A stretch of DNA of 64,000 nucleotides from Bacteroidales bacterium (GCA_025210735.1 JAOARD010000040.1:27347-91346); one strand, 5' to 3'. Counted from the stretch's first letter, positions 9,387 to 20,030 are shown. A program made the numbers and translations. The notes: a model not told the origin generated them from the sequence alone.

Positions 9387-10001
9387 ATGATTATTAAAAT
9401 TTATCCTGAAAACCCTAATAGCAGGGAGATTCAAAAGGTTGTTAATGTTCTAAAATCGGGTGGATTAATAATATATCCGACTGATACCGTTTATGGTATT
9501 GCTTGTGATATGAAGAGTATTAAGGCTATTGAGAAACTGATAAGGCTAAAAGGTAAGAAAACGGAAGCGGCCGAATTATCAATTATTTGCGATAATCTAA
9601 GTTCGCTTTCAAAGTACACCAAACCAATTACAAACAGGTATTTTAAGATTATAAAACATAATACTCCCGGGCCTGTTACTTTTCTGTTTGAGGCAAATAA
9701 TGAAGTGCCTAAAATATTCAAAACAAATAAGAAAACAATAGGTATTAGAGTTCCTGATAACTCAATCTGTCAATCAATTGTAAAAGAACTCGGGAATCCA
9801 CTTGTTTCATCTTCGTTAACAATTGACGATGATATTTTGGAGTATGTTACAGATCCGGAACTTATGCATGAAAAATATGCTAAAGGTGTTGATATAGTTA
9901 TAGATGGAGGTGTAGGAGATATAGTTCCGTCTACAATTGTAGATCTGAGATATGATGAGCCTGAAATTATAAGAGAGGGTAAAGCCGATATACTATTATA
10001 A
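9387..10001 (+). CDS. tsaC: L-threonylcarbamoyladenylate synthase (TsaC/YrdC)
   Basis: 204 aa; IIYPTDTVYGIACD and the KGR/K motif of the YrdC fold. Confidence 0.85.
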   Translation: MIIKIYPENPNSREIQKVVNVLKSGGLIIYPTDTVYGIACDMKSIKAIEKLIRLKGKKTEAAELSIICDNLSSLSKYTKPITNRYFKIIKHNTPGPVTFLFEANNEVPKIFKTNKKTIGIRVPDNSICQSIVKELGNPLVSSSLTIDDDILEYVTDPELMHEKYAKGVDIVIDGGVGDIVPSTIVDLRYDEPEIIREGKADILL

Positions 10002-10079
10002 ATGGTATAACACTAGTTATAATTAATCATGATGAAATAATAATATGTACTGAAAAGGTAAAAAACCAACCAATGTTTA

Positions 10080-11660
10080 TTGTATAATCAACCTTTTTAC
10101 TATCTTAAACTAAAATTATTTGAGATGGAAGACCTAAACACGTCACAAAACAAACAACCAAACAAAAAGAACTACAATTCGGAAAAACTAATTGAATGTA
10201 TAACACTTCTTTCATCTGAAGCTTGTTTTTTACAAAATAGAATTGGTGAAATAACTGATATTGTTTCAGATAATTCATTTACAGATATGCTAAAAACATG
10301 TCTGATAAAAGATGTCCTTTTTGAGGATGAGGAGATTCATAAACGGTTTGCTAAGAATGTTGTTCATACTCTTAATAAGAGTGCTGCAACAACATTCAAG
10401 ATACAGCTTCTTGTAAAAGGAAAACCTAAAAATATGGAAGTTAAGCAGGTTCCGTATAACGATGATCTTGTTCTTACAGTTATAAACGATGTAACTCCTC
10501 AGGCACAGTTAAAAGAGAATCTTACACTTTCGGCAGAGCAGGCAGAAAAGGAGAAGGCACTTAAAGCTAAGTTCATATCGGAGATGTCGCAGGAGGTTCG
10601 TACGCCTATGAATGCTGTTCTTGGATACGCGCATCTTCTGGGTAAGCATGATAATGATGCAAAGGAGAAAGAAGAACTTCTGAATCAGATTATATCAAGT
10701 GCAAGAAATATTACGTTACTTATTGACGATTTGGTTAATACAACACTTATTGTTAATAATCAGATATCAATAATATGTAACGATTTCAATATAAACGTAA
10801 TACTGAATAATCTCAAGAGCTTTTATTCAAAGAAGATAGAGATGGTTTACAACAACCAGATAAATATTATTGTTGAGGAGATTGAAGATGATAAAGCTCT
10901 GGTTTATATTGATAGCGGAAGGATAGAACAGATATTGAGATATGTTCTTAGTCTTGCAATATTAAAAACTGTACCTGGAGATATTATCTTTGGAGCGTCA
11001 ATTAATAATGAGAATGAACTGAAGTTTTATACAACATTCTTTGCTCCTGATTTTCCGGATAATATAATTGAGAATATAAACGATAGTATTGATTTTGCAG
11101 TAGAGATACTTGATACAGCATTAGGAAAAGAGTTTATGGGACTTAAGATAGCAAATGGTCTTGTAAACCTTATGGATGGTAAAATTGATATCCGTAAAAC
11201 ATCAAAAGGAAAAGTTACAATTTGGTTTAATATCCCTATACCAAAGGGTAAACTTGCCAGCCATTCACCAGATATAGGAAATGAGTATATCTGGAAAAAC
11301 AAGGTAATACTTATTGCAGAGGACGAACAGGAGAATACACTGCTATTTCAGGAGCTGTTTAAGGATACTGATGCACATCTGATATTTGCCGAAACAGGAG
11401 AACAGATTATAGATCTCTTTGAGACATTATCGCATATAGATCTTATTTTGCTTGATATAAAACTTCCGGTTATGAACGGCGATGATGTTGCCCGGTATAT
11501 AAGAGGAACAGGAAGTAAAATACCATTAATTGCACAGACTGCTTATAGTTATCCGAGTACAAAAGAGAGTCTGCTTGAGGCAGGTTTTAACGAATATTTC
11601 TGTAAACCTATAAATGTAAGAGACTTGATGGAGACTATGAATAAATATTTGTTAGAGTAA
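10080..11660 (+). CDS. Hybrid sensor histidine kinase/response regulator (cytoplasmic)
   Basis: HisKA H-box EMSQEVRTPMNAVLGYAHLL, HATPase region, and a C-terminal receiver with ILIAEDE...LLDIKLPVMNG; true start may be the downstream MEDLNTSQ. Confidence 0.8.
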   Translation: MYNQPFYYLKLKLFEMEDLNTSQNKQPNKKNYNSEKLIECITLLSSEACFLQNRIGEITDIVSDNSFTDMLKTCLIKDVLFEDEEIHKRFAKNVVHTLNKSAATTFKIQLLVKGKPKNMEVKQVPYNDDLVLTVINDVTPQAQLKENLTLSAEQAEKEKALKAKFISEMSQEVRTPMNAVLGYAHLLGKHDNDAKEKEELLNQIISSARNITLLIDDLVNTTLIVNNQISIICNDFNINVILNNLKSFYSKKIEMVYNNQINIIVEEIEDDKALVYIDSGRIEQILRYVLSLAILKTVPGDIIFGASINNENELKFYTTFFAPDFPDNIIENINDSIDFAVEILDTALGKEFMGLKIANGLVNLMDGKIDIRKTSKGKVTIWFNIPIPKGKLASHSPDIGNEYIWKNKVILIAEDEQENTLLFQELFKDTDAHLIFAETGEQIIDLFETLSHIDLILLDIKLPVMNGDDVARYIRGTGSKIPLIAQTAYSYPSTKESLLEAGFNEYFCKPINVRDLMETMNKYLLE

Positions 11661-11670
11661 TATACTGTAT

Positions 11671-11698
11671 AAAAACAGCGGATCAGACCGCTGTTTTT
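11671..11698. terminator. Bidirectional terminator between convergent genes
   Basis: AAAAACAGCGGATCAGACCGCTGTTTTT, A/T-flanked on both sides. Confidence 0.7.
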
Positions 11699-11711
11699 AT
11701 ATAAAGAATCT

Positions 11712-12329
11712 CTACTTCATCAGAGTAAACATATTATCAATCTCTTTTTTAGCTTTTGGTTTAACATCACCTTTTGGATAACCTACAGCAACAATAGCAA
11801 TAAGTTTATATTTGTCATCAAGTTTAAGTATCTCAGAAAGAGATTTTGATGCTATAAGCGGAGCACTCATCCAACATGCACCTAATCCTTTATCTGTAGC
11901 AGCAAGTAGCATATTTTGTATGCATGCACCTGCGCTCTGGATATCAGGATAGTTACGCATTTTATTGATATCTTTGTGTGTAAGATCAACACCCTGTTCA
12001 AGTACACTCTCATAATCCTCTATTGCAACAGCAATTACCGATGGTGCATCTTCAAAGAATGTTGCAAACCACTCAACCTGCGATTTAATATTCTTTGACG
12101 ATTCTGTTTCTGAATCAGGCAGTGCTTCAATACGGTCATGTACCTCTACTGCCATTTTGTGCAGAATCTCTTTATTTGTTACAGCAACAAATTTCCAGGG
12201 CTGATAGTTATTAACACTAGGAGCAAGGCTACCCATTCTGGCAATCTCTTTTAATAATTCAACAGATACTTCCTGATCTTTGTATGACCTTACGCTTACA
12301 CGTTGCTCTACTACTTGGGTTAATTCCAT
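11712..12329 (-). CDS. Nitroreductase family protein
   Basis: RVSVRSYKDQEVS...APSVNNYQPWKFVAV is the nitroreductase FMN-binding signature. Confidence 0.85.
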   Translation of the reverse strand: MELTQVVEQRVSVRSYKDQEVSVELLKEIARMGSLAPSVNNYQPWKFVAVTNKEILHKMAVEVHDRIEALPDSETESSKNIKSQVEWFATFFEDAPSVIAVAIEDYESVLEQGVDLTHKDINKMRNYPDIQSAGACIQNMLLAATDKGLGACWMSAPLIASKSLSEILKLDDKYKLIAIVAVGYPKGDVKPKAKKEIDNMFTLMK

Positions 12330-12509
12330 AATTGTATAATTTATTTAGTAATAATTGATCTCTTGGTTACTATTTCTAAGTTAAAGATTTTAAATATATT
12401 AATCAATAACAGAACAGGTGTAAGATGAAAAAGTTGTACTAAATGTAGTAGCAGAAGGTGTTAATATTAACTTTAATAACGTATCTGTTTAACAGATAAC
12501 TTGATAGTA

Positions 12510-13436
12510 TTACTCTTTTCCTGTTATTTTATGAAATACTTGTTTCAGGTAAGCAAATTTAGATGGTATACTTACCAGATATACACCAGTAAAGACAAGC
12601 AGTGTAGCCATGATTTTTACTGTTGATATAGAGTCTTGCCCAAGAATAATAGCTACCACAGATGCTATTACAGGCTGCGAATATATGTATATACTTACCG
12701 TGGTAGGGCGTACATGTTGTAGTGCATAAATATTTAGCAAATAGGCAAGAAATGTTGTGGCAACAATTACAAAAGTTATAGATAGTATTATTGACATTGG
12801 CATTGCTGACCATATAACCTCTGTAACCTGACCATATGATATAGGTGTAACAAAAAACAGACCTGACAGGAAAACCCATTTCATTACAGTAACAGGTTTG
12901 TATTTCATCATCATAGGTTTTATAAGTACCAGATATATACCGTACGACAGTGCGTTGAGGAATATCATTATGTTTCCCAAAAAGTTCTCAGAGGTAAAAT
13001 CGGCCTTGCCACTGTATAGTATAAGCCACAAAGCCCCCGATGCACCAAATATAATACCCAGAACCTTGCGCGATGTAATACGCTCTTTAAGAATTATTGC
13101 AGCCACAACAAGTACTAGAATTGGGTTAACAGTCATAATAATTGACGAGTCGATAGGGGTGGTGTAGTTAAGACCAGCAAGAAATAGTAGTTGATTAAGA
13201 ACAACACCAAAGAATGCGCATAAAACCATGTACCAGATATCTTTGCGTTTAACTTGTTCTTTGGGCGTCAGCATACTGAATAACCAAAAAAGAATAGTAG
13301 CACCAATAAGCCTCATCAGTACCAAACCAAAAGGTTTTACATAATCGGGCATAATGCCCTTTGCTATTACATAATTAACACCGTAAATAAGGTTGGCTCC
13401 AATTATTGCTGCATGCGATCTGATAATCTTACTCAT
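12510..13436 (-). CDS. DMT superfamily (EamA) transporter
   Basis: 308 aa, about 10 TM helices in two repeated EamA halves. Confidence 0.75.
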   Translation of the reverse strand: MSKIIRSHAAIIGANLIYGVNYVIAKGIMPDYVKPFGLVLMRLIGATILFWLFSMLTPKEQVKRKDIWYMVLCAFFGVVLNQLLFLAGLNYTTPIDSSIIMTVNPILVLVVAAIILKERITSRKVLGIIFGASGALWLILYSGKADFTSENFLGNIMIFLNALSYGIYLVLIKPMMMKYKPVTVMKWVFLSGLFFVTPISYGQVTEVIWSAMPMSIILSITFVIVATTFLAYLLNIYALQHVRPTTVSIYIYSQPVIASVVAIILGQDSISTVKIMATLLVFTGVYLVSIPSKFAYLKQVFHKITGKE

Positions 13437-13532
13437 TAATATAGCTTTTTGGCAAACAAAAAAATCAATACATCGTTTTTTAAGAAACAGTTTAAATCTG
13501 TTTTTAGAATTTTAAACAGTTTCTAAATATAT

Positions 13533-14642
13533 TTGTACAAAGAAAGCGAATTCTTACTGAACTATATTACTATGGCAAAGGATAATAAAAAAGCTCTGAA
13601 AAGTATAAGAAGCTCAAGAATAATATACCCTCTGATAATCGGGCTTGGAGTAATAGGTTACATGGTTGCAAAAGAGTTTGATCCTAATGCTCTAAGTTAT
13701 CTTAAAATTACATGGAGAGGTGTATTCTGGCTTTTTATTGCTGTTTTACTTATGCTTAGTAGAGATATAGGTTACGTAATACGTCTTAAGATATTATCTG
13801 ATAAAAAACTATCGTGGTGGCAGAGTATACGAATAGTATTTCTTTGGGAGTTTGCATCTGCCATAACCCCATCGGCAATTGGAGGAACAAGTGTTGCAAT
13901 AATATTTATACATAAAGAGGGGTTGAATATAGGAAAGAGTGCAGCTGTGGTTATGGCAACATCGTTGCTTGATGAGTTGTACTTTATAATATTCTTTCCG
14001 CTATTGTTACTTATTCTTACTCCTGCCGAACTGTTTAATATAGATACTTTAGAGAACTACTCATATCTGAATAGCTTCTTTCTGTTTGCAATTATCGGGT
14101 ATTCGGTAAAGCTGCTGTGGGTTATTGCTGTAAGTTATGGGCTGTTTGTAAATCCAAAAGGATTAAGGAGATTGATACTATTGGTATTCAGATTGCCAAT
14201 TATACGTAAATGGAGAAACAGTGCCCGTGCTGCGGGTAATGATATAATAAAGAGTTCAAAAGAACTTAAAGCAAAACCATTCAAATTCTGGTTAAAGGCA
14301 TTTGGTGCAACTGTGTTGTCTTGGACATCGCGTTACTGGATTGTAAATGCACTGTTTCTGGCATTTTTTCTGGTTAAAGGTCATGTGATTATATTTGCTC
14401 GTCAGCTTGTAATGTGGATAATGATGCTTGTTAGCCCAACACCTGGCGGAAGTGGTTTCTCTGAATATGTATTTAAGGAGTATCTTGCAGAGTTTATTGA
14501 GGTTCCGGTAGATCATCTGCCATTTATAATAATTGCACTGGCGCTTATCTGGCGACTTATAAGTTACTATCCGTATCTTATTATCGGAGCCTTTATATTC
14601 CCAAAATGGGTTAGTAAAAGATTTAATAACACAAAAAAGTAG
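13533..14642 (+). CDS. Flippase-like / lysylphosphatidylglycerol-synthase TM-domain (UPF0104) membrane protein
   Basis: Multi-pass membrane protein with the conserved SPTPGGSGFSEY motif; start probably at MAKDNKK (13572). Confidence 0.65.
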   Translation: MYKESEFLLNYITMAKDNKKALKSIRSSRIIYPLIIGLGVIGYMVAKEFDPNALSYLKITWRGVFWLFIAVLLMLSRDIGYVIRLKILSDKKLSWWQSIRIVFLWEFASAITPSAIGGTSVAIIFIHKEGLNIGKSAAVVMATSLLDELYFIIFFPLLLLILTPAELFNIDTLENYSYLNSFFLFAIIGYSVKLLWVIAVSYGLFVNPKGLRRLILLVFRLPIIRKWRNSARAAGNDIIKSSKELKAKPFKFWLKAFGATVLSWTSRYWIVNALFLAFFLVKGHVIIFARQLVMWIMMLVSPTPGGSGFSEYVFKEYLAEFIEVPVDHLPFIIIALALIWRLISYYPYLIIGAFIFPKWVSKRFNNTKK

Positions 14643-14645
14643 ATT

Positions 14646-15365
14646 ATGAATTACATATATATTACAGGAACAAGCAGAGGTATAGGAAAAGCAGTTGCAG
14701 AACTTATGCTTTCAGATGCAAATAATAAGGTTATTGGTATATCAAGAGAGTGTGTTATAACGCATAAAAATTATAGCCATATTAAGCTTGATTTGTCAGA
14801 TACAGAAGAAACAGCAGCATTTGAATTTGCCGATCATACAGATGCACAAAAAATTATACTAATAAACAACTCTGGTGTTCTTGGACCAAGCTCTGTTGTA
14901 GGAAACAGCATACCTGCAAATCAGGTAACCATGGCTTTTAATGTTAACGCTATTGCTCCTGCAATACTTATGAACAATTTTGTAAACAGATACAAAAACA
15001 CTAATGCTGAGTTAATAATAATTAATACATCGTCCGGAGCAGGACGACATACAATTGATGGCTGGAGTACGTATTGCGCAACAAAAGCTGCCCTTGATAT
15101 GTATAGCATGACAATTGCTGACGAGCAGAGAGGTAAAGAGAATCCGGTTAAGGTATACTCTGTTGCTCCTGGAATTGTAGACTCAAAAATGCAGGATGAG
15201 ATACGTACGCAGAAACAGGAGGATTTCCCTTTGGTACAAAAATTCATAGATTACAAAAAAGATAACGCATTAAGCACACCGGAAGATGTTGCTAAGAAAT
15301 ACCTCTATATTATAAACAACACAGATAAATTTACAGACCCAATTGTAGATGTAAGGGATTTTTGA
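14646..15365 (+). CDS. SDR family oxidoreductase
   Basis: IYITGTSRGIGKAVAE (TGxxxGIG) cofactor motif and YCATKAA catalytic YxxxK. Confidence 0.85.
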   Translation: MNYIYITGTSRGIGKAVAELMLSDANNKVIGISRECVITHKNYSHIKLDLSDTEETAAFEFADHTDAQKIILINNSGVLGPSSVVGNSIPANQVTMAFNVNAIAPAILMNNFVNRYKNTNAELIIINTSSGAGRHTIDGWSTYCATKAALDMYSMTIADEQRGKENPVKVYSVAPGIVDSKMQDEIRTQKQEDFPLVQKFIDYKKDNALSTPEDVAKKYLYIINNTDKFTDPIVDVRDF

Positions 15366-15439
15366 TTTTAGAGATTCTTATAAGATAGCCCAAGAACTAC
15401 CAAGTCTGTAGTTCTTGGACTACCAAATATTATATCAAA

Positions 15440-15916
15440 CTACTTATTACCTTTTAATGAGTTGTAAAGTTCCTGGTTGCGTTCAAGTTCTCTGTTTAGT
15501 GACTCTTTAAGTTCGTTTTTATCATTTAGCAGATCTCCGGTAAGACCTTTGTAATTGTCAATCATCATTCTTAGGTCGTCTATATGTGCCTTTAGCTGCG
15601 ATATTAGTGAATCTTTGTTTGTGCATGATTCGCATTTACCGGTACTTATGCTTTCGGTTTTTTCTGTTGTTGTATTATTGTTCTCTTTCCAGTTTGTTTT
15701 ACCAAATACCAGATAATCCATGCTGTAGTTAAACTGTATACAAAAGTCATGCAGTAACTCAAGGCTTATCTTGGTTCTTCCTTTAAGTATCTCTGTTAAT
15801 TTCTGGGGTGAATATCCAAGTCGTTTAGCAAGGTCGTTATTAGATTGGATAATCCCGTTATCCTTTAAAGCATCCAGTTCTGATTGAAATCTGTTTCTAA
15901 GCTCTTTCTGATTCAT
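15440..15916 (-). CDS. XRE-family HTH regulator with C-terminal coiled coil (CI-like candidate regulator of the tail module)
   Basis: LAKRLGYSPQKLTEILKGRTKISLELLHDFC HTH; coiled-coil C-terminus; divergent from the tail gene cluster; preceded by the repeated leader element. Confidence 0.6.
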   Translation of the reverse strand: MNQKELRNRFQSELDALKDNGIIQSNNDLAKRLGYSPQKLTEILKGRTKISLELLHDFCIQFNYSMDYLVFGKTNWKENNNTTTEKTESISTGKCESCTNKDSLISQLKAHIDDLRMMIDNYKGLTGDLLNDKNELKESLNRELERNQELYNSLKGNK

Positions 15917-16125
15917 TTGTCGTCTTTTTCATCTGTTTATAATTGTTTTTTCATTTGCCAGATGGAACTCCGCATAATAATCATCCTCGTGTGTGTGAAT
16001 GACCATTCTCATGCTTCGTTTCATCTGTTTATAATTTGTTTTCCAGTTGCCAGATAGAACTCGCATAATAATCATTCCTATATGCAAATGACTATTCTTT
16101 TGCTTTGTCTCATTTTTATCTGGTT
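15917..16125 (-). repeat. Two tandem copies (second degenerate) of the roughly 100-bp conserved start-codon-proximal element, copy A
   Basis: Reverse complement reads AAACAGATGAAACGAAGCATGAGAATGGTCATTCACACACACGAGGATGATTATTATGCGGAGTTCCATCTGGCAAATG...AAACAGATGAAA; about 85% identical to copies at 27.88, 33.50 and 41.32 kb. Confidence 0.8.
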
Positions 16126-16483
16126 GCAGAATGAAGGTTAGTATAAAAGTTGCATAAATGCATATTATAATCTACAACTTTTATATTTGGCCATATTTTC
16201 TGCTAAAAACCATATTTGTCTCATTTATCTAATTTACGATGAATATTAGCACTATATAATCTTGTACAATCTACGGCACTAAAATTTATCATACTATCCT
16301 TAATAAAACTTTCTAAATACAGAAATTCTGTATATATTTGTAGAAAGTATTGCGCAATATACAAAAAATACCCGTCATTCTAATAAATAAAGAATTATTG
16401 TAGTTGGTTATCTGCAATGTCGGGTACATTAATTAATGTAATATGTAACAAGCATTATACGCTGCTTCTGACTAAAGAGATAG

Positions 16484-16777
16484 TTGATTTTGCCGATTGC
16501 ATATAACAAAAGGGAAATTATAATATATGTAAAAATTAACTGTATGGCTTATTATCCAAAACCTGAACATCCCCAGAAACAGGAAATTGAAAACCGTATA
16601 GTGTGTCTAAGACAACGAATTAATGAGTTAAGAGAGAGAGATTGCAACGAAGAGAATATCAGAGAGATATCACTATTATCTCATAAAGTAGAGGTTGCAC
16701 AAAACAGGTTAAACGGAACATTCGGAAGTTCCGTTACAGAAACATTTAAAGTAGAATATTTTAATATAAAGGACTGA
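16484..16777 (+). CDS. Hypothetical protein (tail-module accessory)
   Basis: ORF only; likely start at MAYYPKPEHP; coiled-coil-like middle. Confidence 0.3.
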   Translation: MILPIAYNKREIIIYVKINCMAYYPKPEHPQKQEIENRIVCLRQRINELRERDCNEENIREISLLSHKVEVAQNRLNGTFGSSVTETFKVEYFNIKD

Positions 16778-16783
16778 ATAATT

Positions 16784-17044
16784 ATGAAAAACAAAGAGTT
16801 AGTAACAAAAGCCCCAAATCATATACGCAGATATAAAGAGATTCAGTTAGTATCTACAGAGTTATTAAAGACTTACAGGTCAAATAAAGTGATAGAATTT
16901 ATTAATAATAATTACTTTATTGGCGAAGATCTGTTCTGGAAGATAATAGGAATGAACCTTAACGATATTGATTTTATAACAGAAGACTCAAGCTGTATAT
17001 ACAAATCTATATTTGATAAGAAACGACGTAAGATAGCGATTTAG
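16784..17044 (+). CDS. Hypothetical protein
   Basis: ORF followed by hairpin CCCTGCAATACTACATTGCAGGG plus T-run (17075-17108). Confidence 0.3.
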   Translation: MKNKELVTKAPNHIRRYKEIQLVSTELLKTYRSNKVIEFINNNYFIGEDLFWKIIGMNLNDIDFITEDSSCIYKSIFDKKRRKIAI

Positions 17045-17271
17045 TGAATCCTTATTCTGTACTCTTATAATAGTTATCCCTGCAATACTACATTGCAGGG
17101 ATTTTTTTATTATCTAAATACTGAAAACGTGTATTTAATACAGAATAATATTTCAAATATACTGATTTAAAACTGTATGGATACACAAAACCAAGACATG
17201 GTAATGCTTTTACTGTATTCTTTACAGGATAGAGTGTATGGCTGTTTACTGAATTTGTGTAGTCAGAGATA

Positions 17272-17748
17272 ATGTACCATCTTTGTAATGTCGAAAGGGA
17301 ACAACGAATAAACAACACGATTATGAGAATTGATATTTATACAGAAATTAAGGATATATTAGAATCGAGTAAAGAGTTTAGAACAGTAACTCTTTATAAA
17401 GATCAGTTTAACAGGTTACCACTTGATGCCTCTTTAGAGAGACCTGCAGTGTTAATTGACATAGCAAATGTGAACTGGAAAAGTTTGTCTAAAGGGGTTA
17501 GACATGGTGATATGGTAGTTGGTATCTATCTGATAGTTGGAGCAAACAACAATCTTAATAGTTCAATTACAGCAGAGAACGATACCGCTGCCATAAACCT
17601 TCTTGATAAAACAGGAGAGATACTTGATGGTTTTGTATTTAATAACGGATGCCGATTACAACGAGTATCAGATAAGGCAATAAAACATACATCATCGCTA
17701 AGCATATATAGAATTGAGTATACAATGCTTGTATCATTAGGAGAGTAA
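17272..17748 (+). CDS. Hypothetical tail-associated protein (possible tail completion/terminator); likely start MRIDIYTE at 17323
   Basis: Position immediately upstream of the sheath; size about 140 aa typical of tail terminator/completion proteins; no motif recognised. Confidence 0.3.
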   Translation: MYHLCNVEREQRINNTIMRIDIYTEIKDILESSKEFRTVTLYKDQFNRLPLDASLERPAVLIDIANVNWKSLSKGVRHGDMVVGIYLIVGANNNLNSSITAENDTAAINLLDKTGEILDGFVFNNGCRLQRVSDKAIKHTSSLSIYRIEYTMLVSLGE

Positions 17749-17753
17749 CAGAT

Positions 17754-18008
17754 ATGGATATTAAGTATTGGATCTTAACAGGTGTTGTATCGGTATTTTT
17801 TACTCTATCTATGCTATTTCTTAGAATATGGCTTAACAGAGTGCTGCGTAAGTTCGATAACCTTACCGATTCGGTAAACGATCTTAAAGCAAGTTTTATG
17901 CTGCAAAAACACGATTCTGTAGCAATAAGGGAGGAGATAAAACGGCACGATATCAGAATTAATAACCATGCCGACCGGATACGGGAATTAGAGATATTAA
18001 TAAAGTGA
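17754..18008 (+). CDS. Single-TM plus coiled-coil small protein (holin-like candidate)
   Basis: N-terminal TM WILTGVVSVFFTLSMLFLRIWL then charged coiled coil. Confidence 0.35.
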   Translation: MDIKYWILTGVVSVFFTLSMLFLRIWLNRVLRKFDNLTDSVNDLKASFMLQKHDSVAIREEIKRHDIRINNHADRIRELEILIK

Positions 18009-18034
18009 TAACCCAACTAAACATCTATGAATTA

Positions 18035-18211
18035 TGCTTGACAGAATTTTTAAAAATTGGAAGACTACGATATTTGGTTTATCGATGATAGCTTTTTGCT
18101 TTGTTTTAGTAGGAGCAGGTAAAGCCTCATTATCAGAGGTGGGAACATTTATACTGGGAGGCTTTGCCCTGTTCTTTACAAAAGACGGAACACCCGATAA
18201 CCAGAGTTAGA
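18035..18211 (+). CDS. 58-aa two-TM small membrane protein (holin-like candidate, below ORF-track cutoff)
   Basis: MLDRIFKNWKTTIFGLSMIAFCFVLVGAGKASLSEVGTFILGGFALFFTKDGTPDNQS read directly from sequence. Confidence 0.3.
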
Positions 18212-18316
18212 TTCAGATATCTGCAGTAGCGCGCTCATAAGTATGCAGATATAATCAGAGAGAATTAAAGTAATCTGTTGATACAGATGACATTTTGAAA
18301 CGAATTAATTATTCGT

Positions 18317-19558
18317 ATGGGATTGCTATACCCATATGAGACTATTTATAAATTAAAAATCAATTGTAAAATGGGTTTACCAAATGTTAAGATTAACATT
18401 ACTAACGGTGCATTAGGTACTGTTGATGCCAAAAACGGCGGTGTAGCAGCAATGATTCTGCGCGGAACAACAAAAGGTGGTGAGGATGTACAACCGGATC
18501 CGGTAAGTACACCAATTGTTCTAAACAGCTTAAATGATGCCGTAAAGAACAATATTACACCTGAGTACGATTCAGAAAGAGGAGTAAATGCATATCATCA
18601 TATTAAAGAGTTTTATGATGAGGCTGGCGAGGGTGCAAAGCTATGGGTAATGGTTGTTGATAAGTCGGTAGAGATGAATAATCTTGTGTCTGCACAACAC
18701 CCTGAGTTTGCAAAGAAACTTATTGATGCCGGACAAGGTGAGATCAGATTGTTAGGACTTACTGGTGCTGTAGTTGAGACTCCTACAATTACAAAGGGAC
18801 TTCAGACAGATGTTGCTAATGCAATAAATGGTGCACAAACATTTGTAGGAAACTATGTTGAGAAGATTGCTCCGTTTATCACAGTACTTGAGGGTAAGAA
18901 TTGGGATAAGTCAGCAACAGATATTGAGAATCTTCGTGAGGGTGATGATAACCGTGTTTCGGTTGCTCTATGTAGCTCAAAAACCGATGGTTCTGCATCA
19001 ATAGGTCTTGTACTTGGTCGTTTGGCTAAGGTTGAAGAGCAGACACGTATCAGCCGTGTTAAGGATGGTTCTCTGTCAATTAACAAGGCGTATTTCTCAA
19101 ACGGAGAGATTGTTGATAACGCAACAGCGGAGTCGTTACACGACAAGGGATATGTTGTAATGCGTACATTCCCAAGAACAAACGGATACTTCTTTGCAAG
19201 TGACTACACAGCAACAAAAGCATCTGACGATCTGAACAGAATCTCATTGGTTCGTACTATTGATAAGGCACTTATGATTGCTTACGATACATATATCAAC
19301 TCTGTTGATGATGAGATTGAGATGGATAGTAAGGGTCAGGTTCTTGCCTCTGTAGCAAAATCGCTTGAGACAGATATTGAGGACATGGTTCGTATTCAGA
19401 TGAACGGACAGATCAGCTCATTTGATGCATTTGTTGATCCTGCACAAAACATCATCAGCACCGGACAGCTAAGCGTTGTTTGTAAGATAGTTCCTAAGGG
19501 ATATCTAAATGAGATTGTTGTAGATCTTGGTTTCAGCAATCCGGCATTAAGTAACTAA
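18317..19558 (+). CDS. Contractile tail sheath protein (start possibly MGLPNVKI at 18371)
   Basis: About 400 aa, immediately followed by a 140-aa tube-like protein, frameshift chaperone and tape measure: canonical myovirus order sheath-tube-chaperone-TMP. Confidence 0.6.
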   Translation: MGLLYPYETIYKLKINCKMGLPNVKINITNGALGTVDAKNGGVAAMILRGTTKGGEDVQPDPVSTPIVLNSLNDAVKNNITPEYDSERGVNAYHHIKEFYDEAGEGAKLWVMVVDKSVEMNNLVSAQHPEFAKKLIDAGQGEIRLLGLTGAVVETPTITKGLQTDVANAINGAQTFVGNYVEKIAPFITVLEGKNWDKSATDIENLREGDDNRVSVALCSSKTDGSASIGLVLGRLAKVEEQTRISRVKDGSLSINKAYFSNGEIVDNATAESLHDKGYVVMRTFPRTNGYFFASDYTATKASDDLNRISLVRTIDKALMIAYDTYINSVDDEIEMDSKGQVLASVAKSLETDIEDMVRIQMNGQISSFDAFVDPAQNIISTGQLSVVCKIVPKGYLNEIVVDLGFSNPALSN

Positions 19559-19591
19559 TTGTAAGAACATAAAAAAAATTAAGTAAAGAAT

Positions 19592-20014
19592 ATGGCAGAG
19601 TTTAATAGCAGACAGTATCAGTTTTCAGACATTCAGGTAGTTATAAAAGGTAGAACTATCACTGGTTTGAGAGGAATTAAGTATAAGGTTTCTCAGGATA
19701 AAGAGGTTGTGTATGGAGCCGGTAACAAAGGTCAGTTTATTCAGAGAGGTAATATTTCATATGACGGAGAGATTTCGTTGTTGCAGAATGAGCTTCTTGC
19801 ACTTGAGCGTTATGCACGCGAAGAGGGCTTTGAAGGGCTACACGATCTTCAGTTAAACATAGTAGTGGCTTATGCTCCTGAAACAGGACTTCCGCTTACA
19901 ACAGATGTTATCAGAGGCGTTGAGTTTACATCAGTTGATACCGGTATGAGCCAGGGAGATAAGATGATGGAGGTAACACTTCCGTTTATCGCTCTTGATA
20001 TCAAAAAGGGTTAA
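19592..20014 (+). CDS. Tail tube protein
   Basis: 140 aa, beta-rich, follows sheath; attenuator hairpin after it. Confidence 0.6.
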   Translation: MAEFNSRQYQFSDIQVVIKGRTITGLRGIKYKVSQDKEVVYGAGNKGQFIQRGNISYDGEISLLQNELLALERYAREEGFEGLHDLQLNIVVAYAPETGLPLTTDVIRGVEFTSVDTGMSQGDKMMEVTLPFIALDIKKG

Positions 20015-20030
20015 TTATAAAGTAAAGCTG

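Noticed and set aside
10080-15247. Antisense ORFs inside well-supported genes (e.g. 11027-11302, 11916-12098, 12559-12879, 12898-13167, 14292-14516, 14921-15247)
   Set aside because: Embedded in opposite-strand genes with strong homology-type motifs. No independent support.
18317-20014. Interpretation of sheath/tube pair as a type VI secretion system (T6SS-iii)
   Set aside because: No TssB/TssC pair, ClpV, TssK/F/G or membrane complex genes. The presence of a tape measure, frameshift chaperone, baseplate J and tail fibre points to a phage-type tail.
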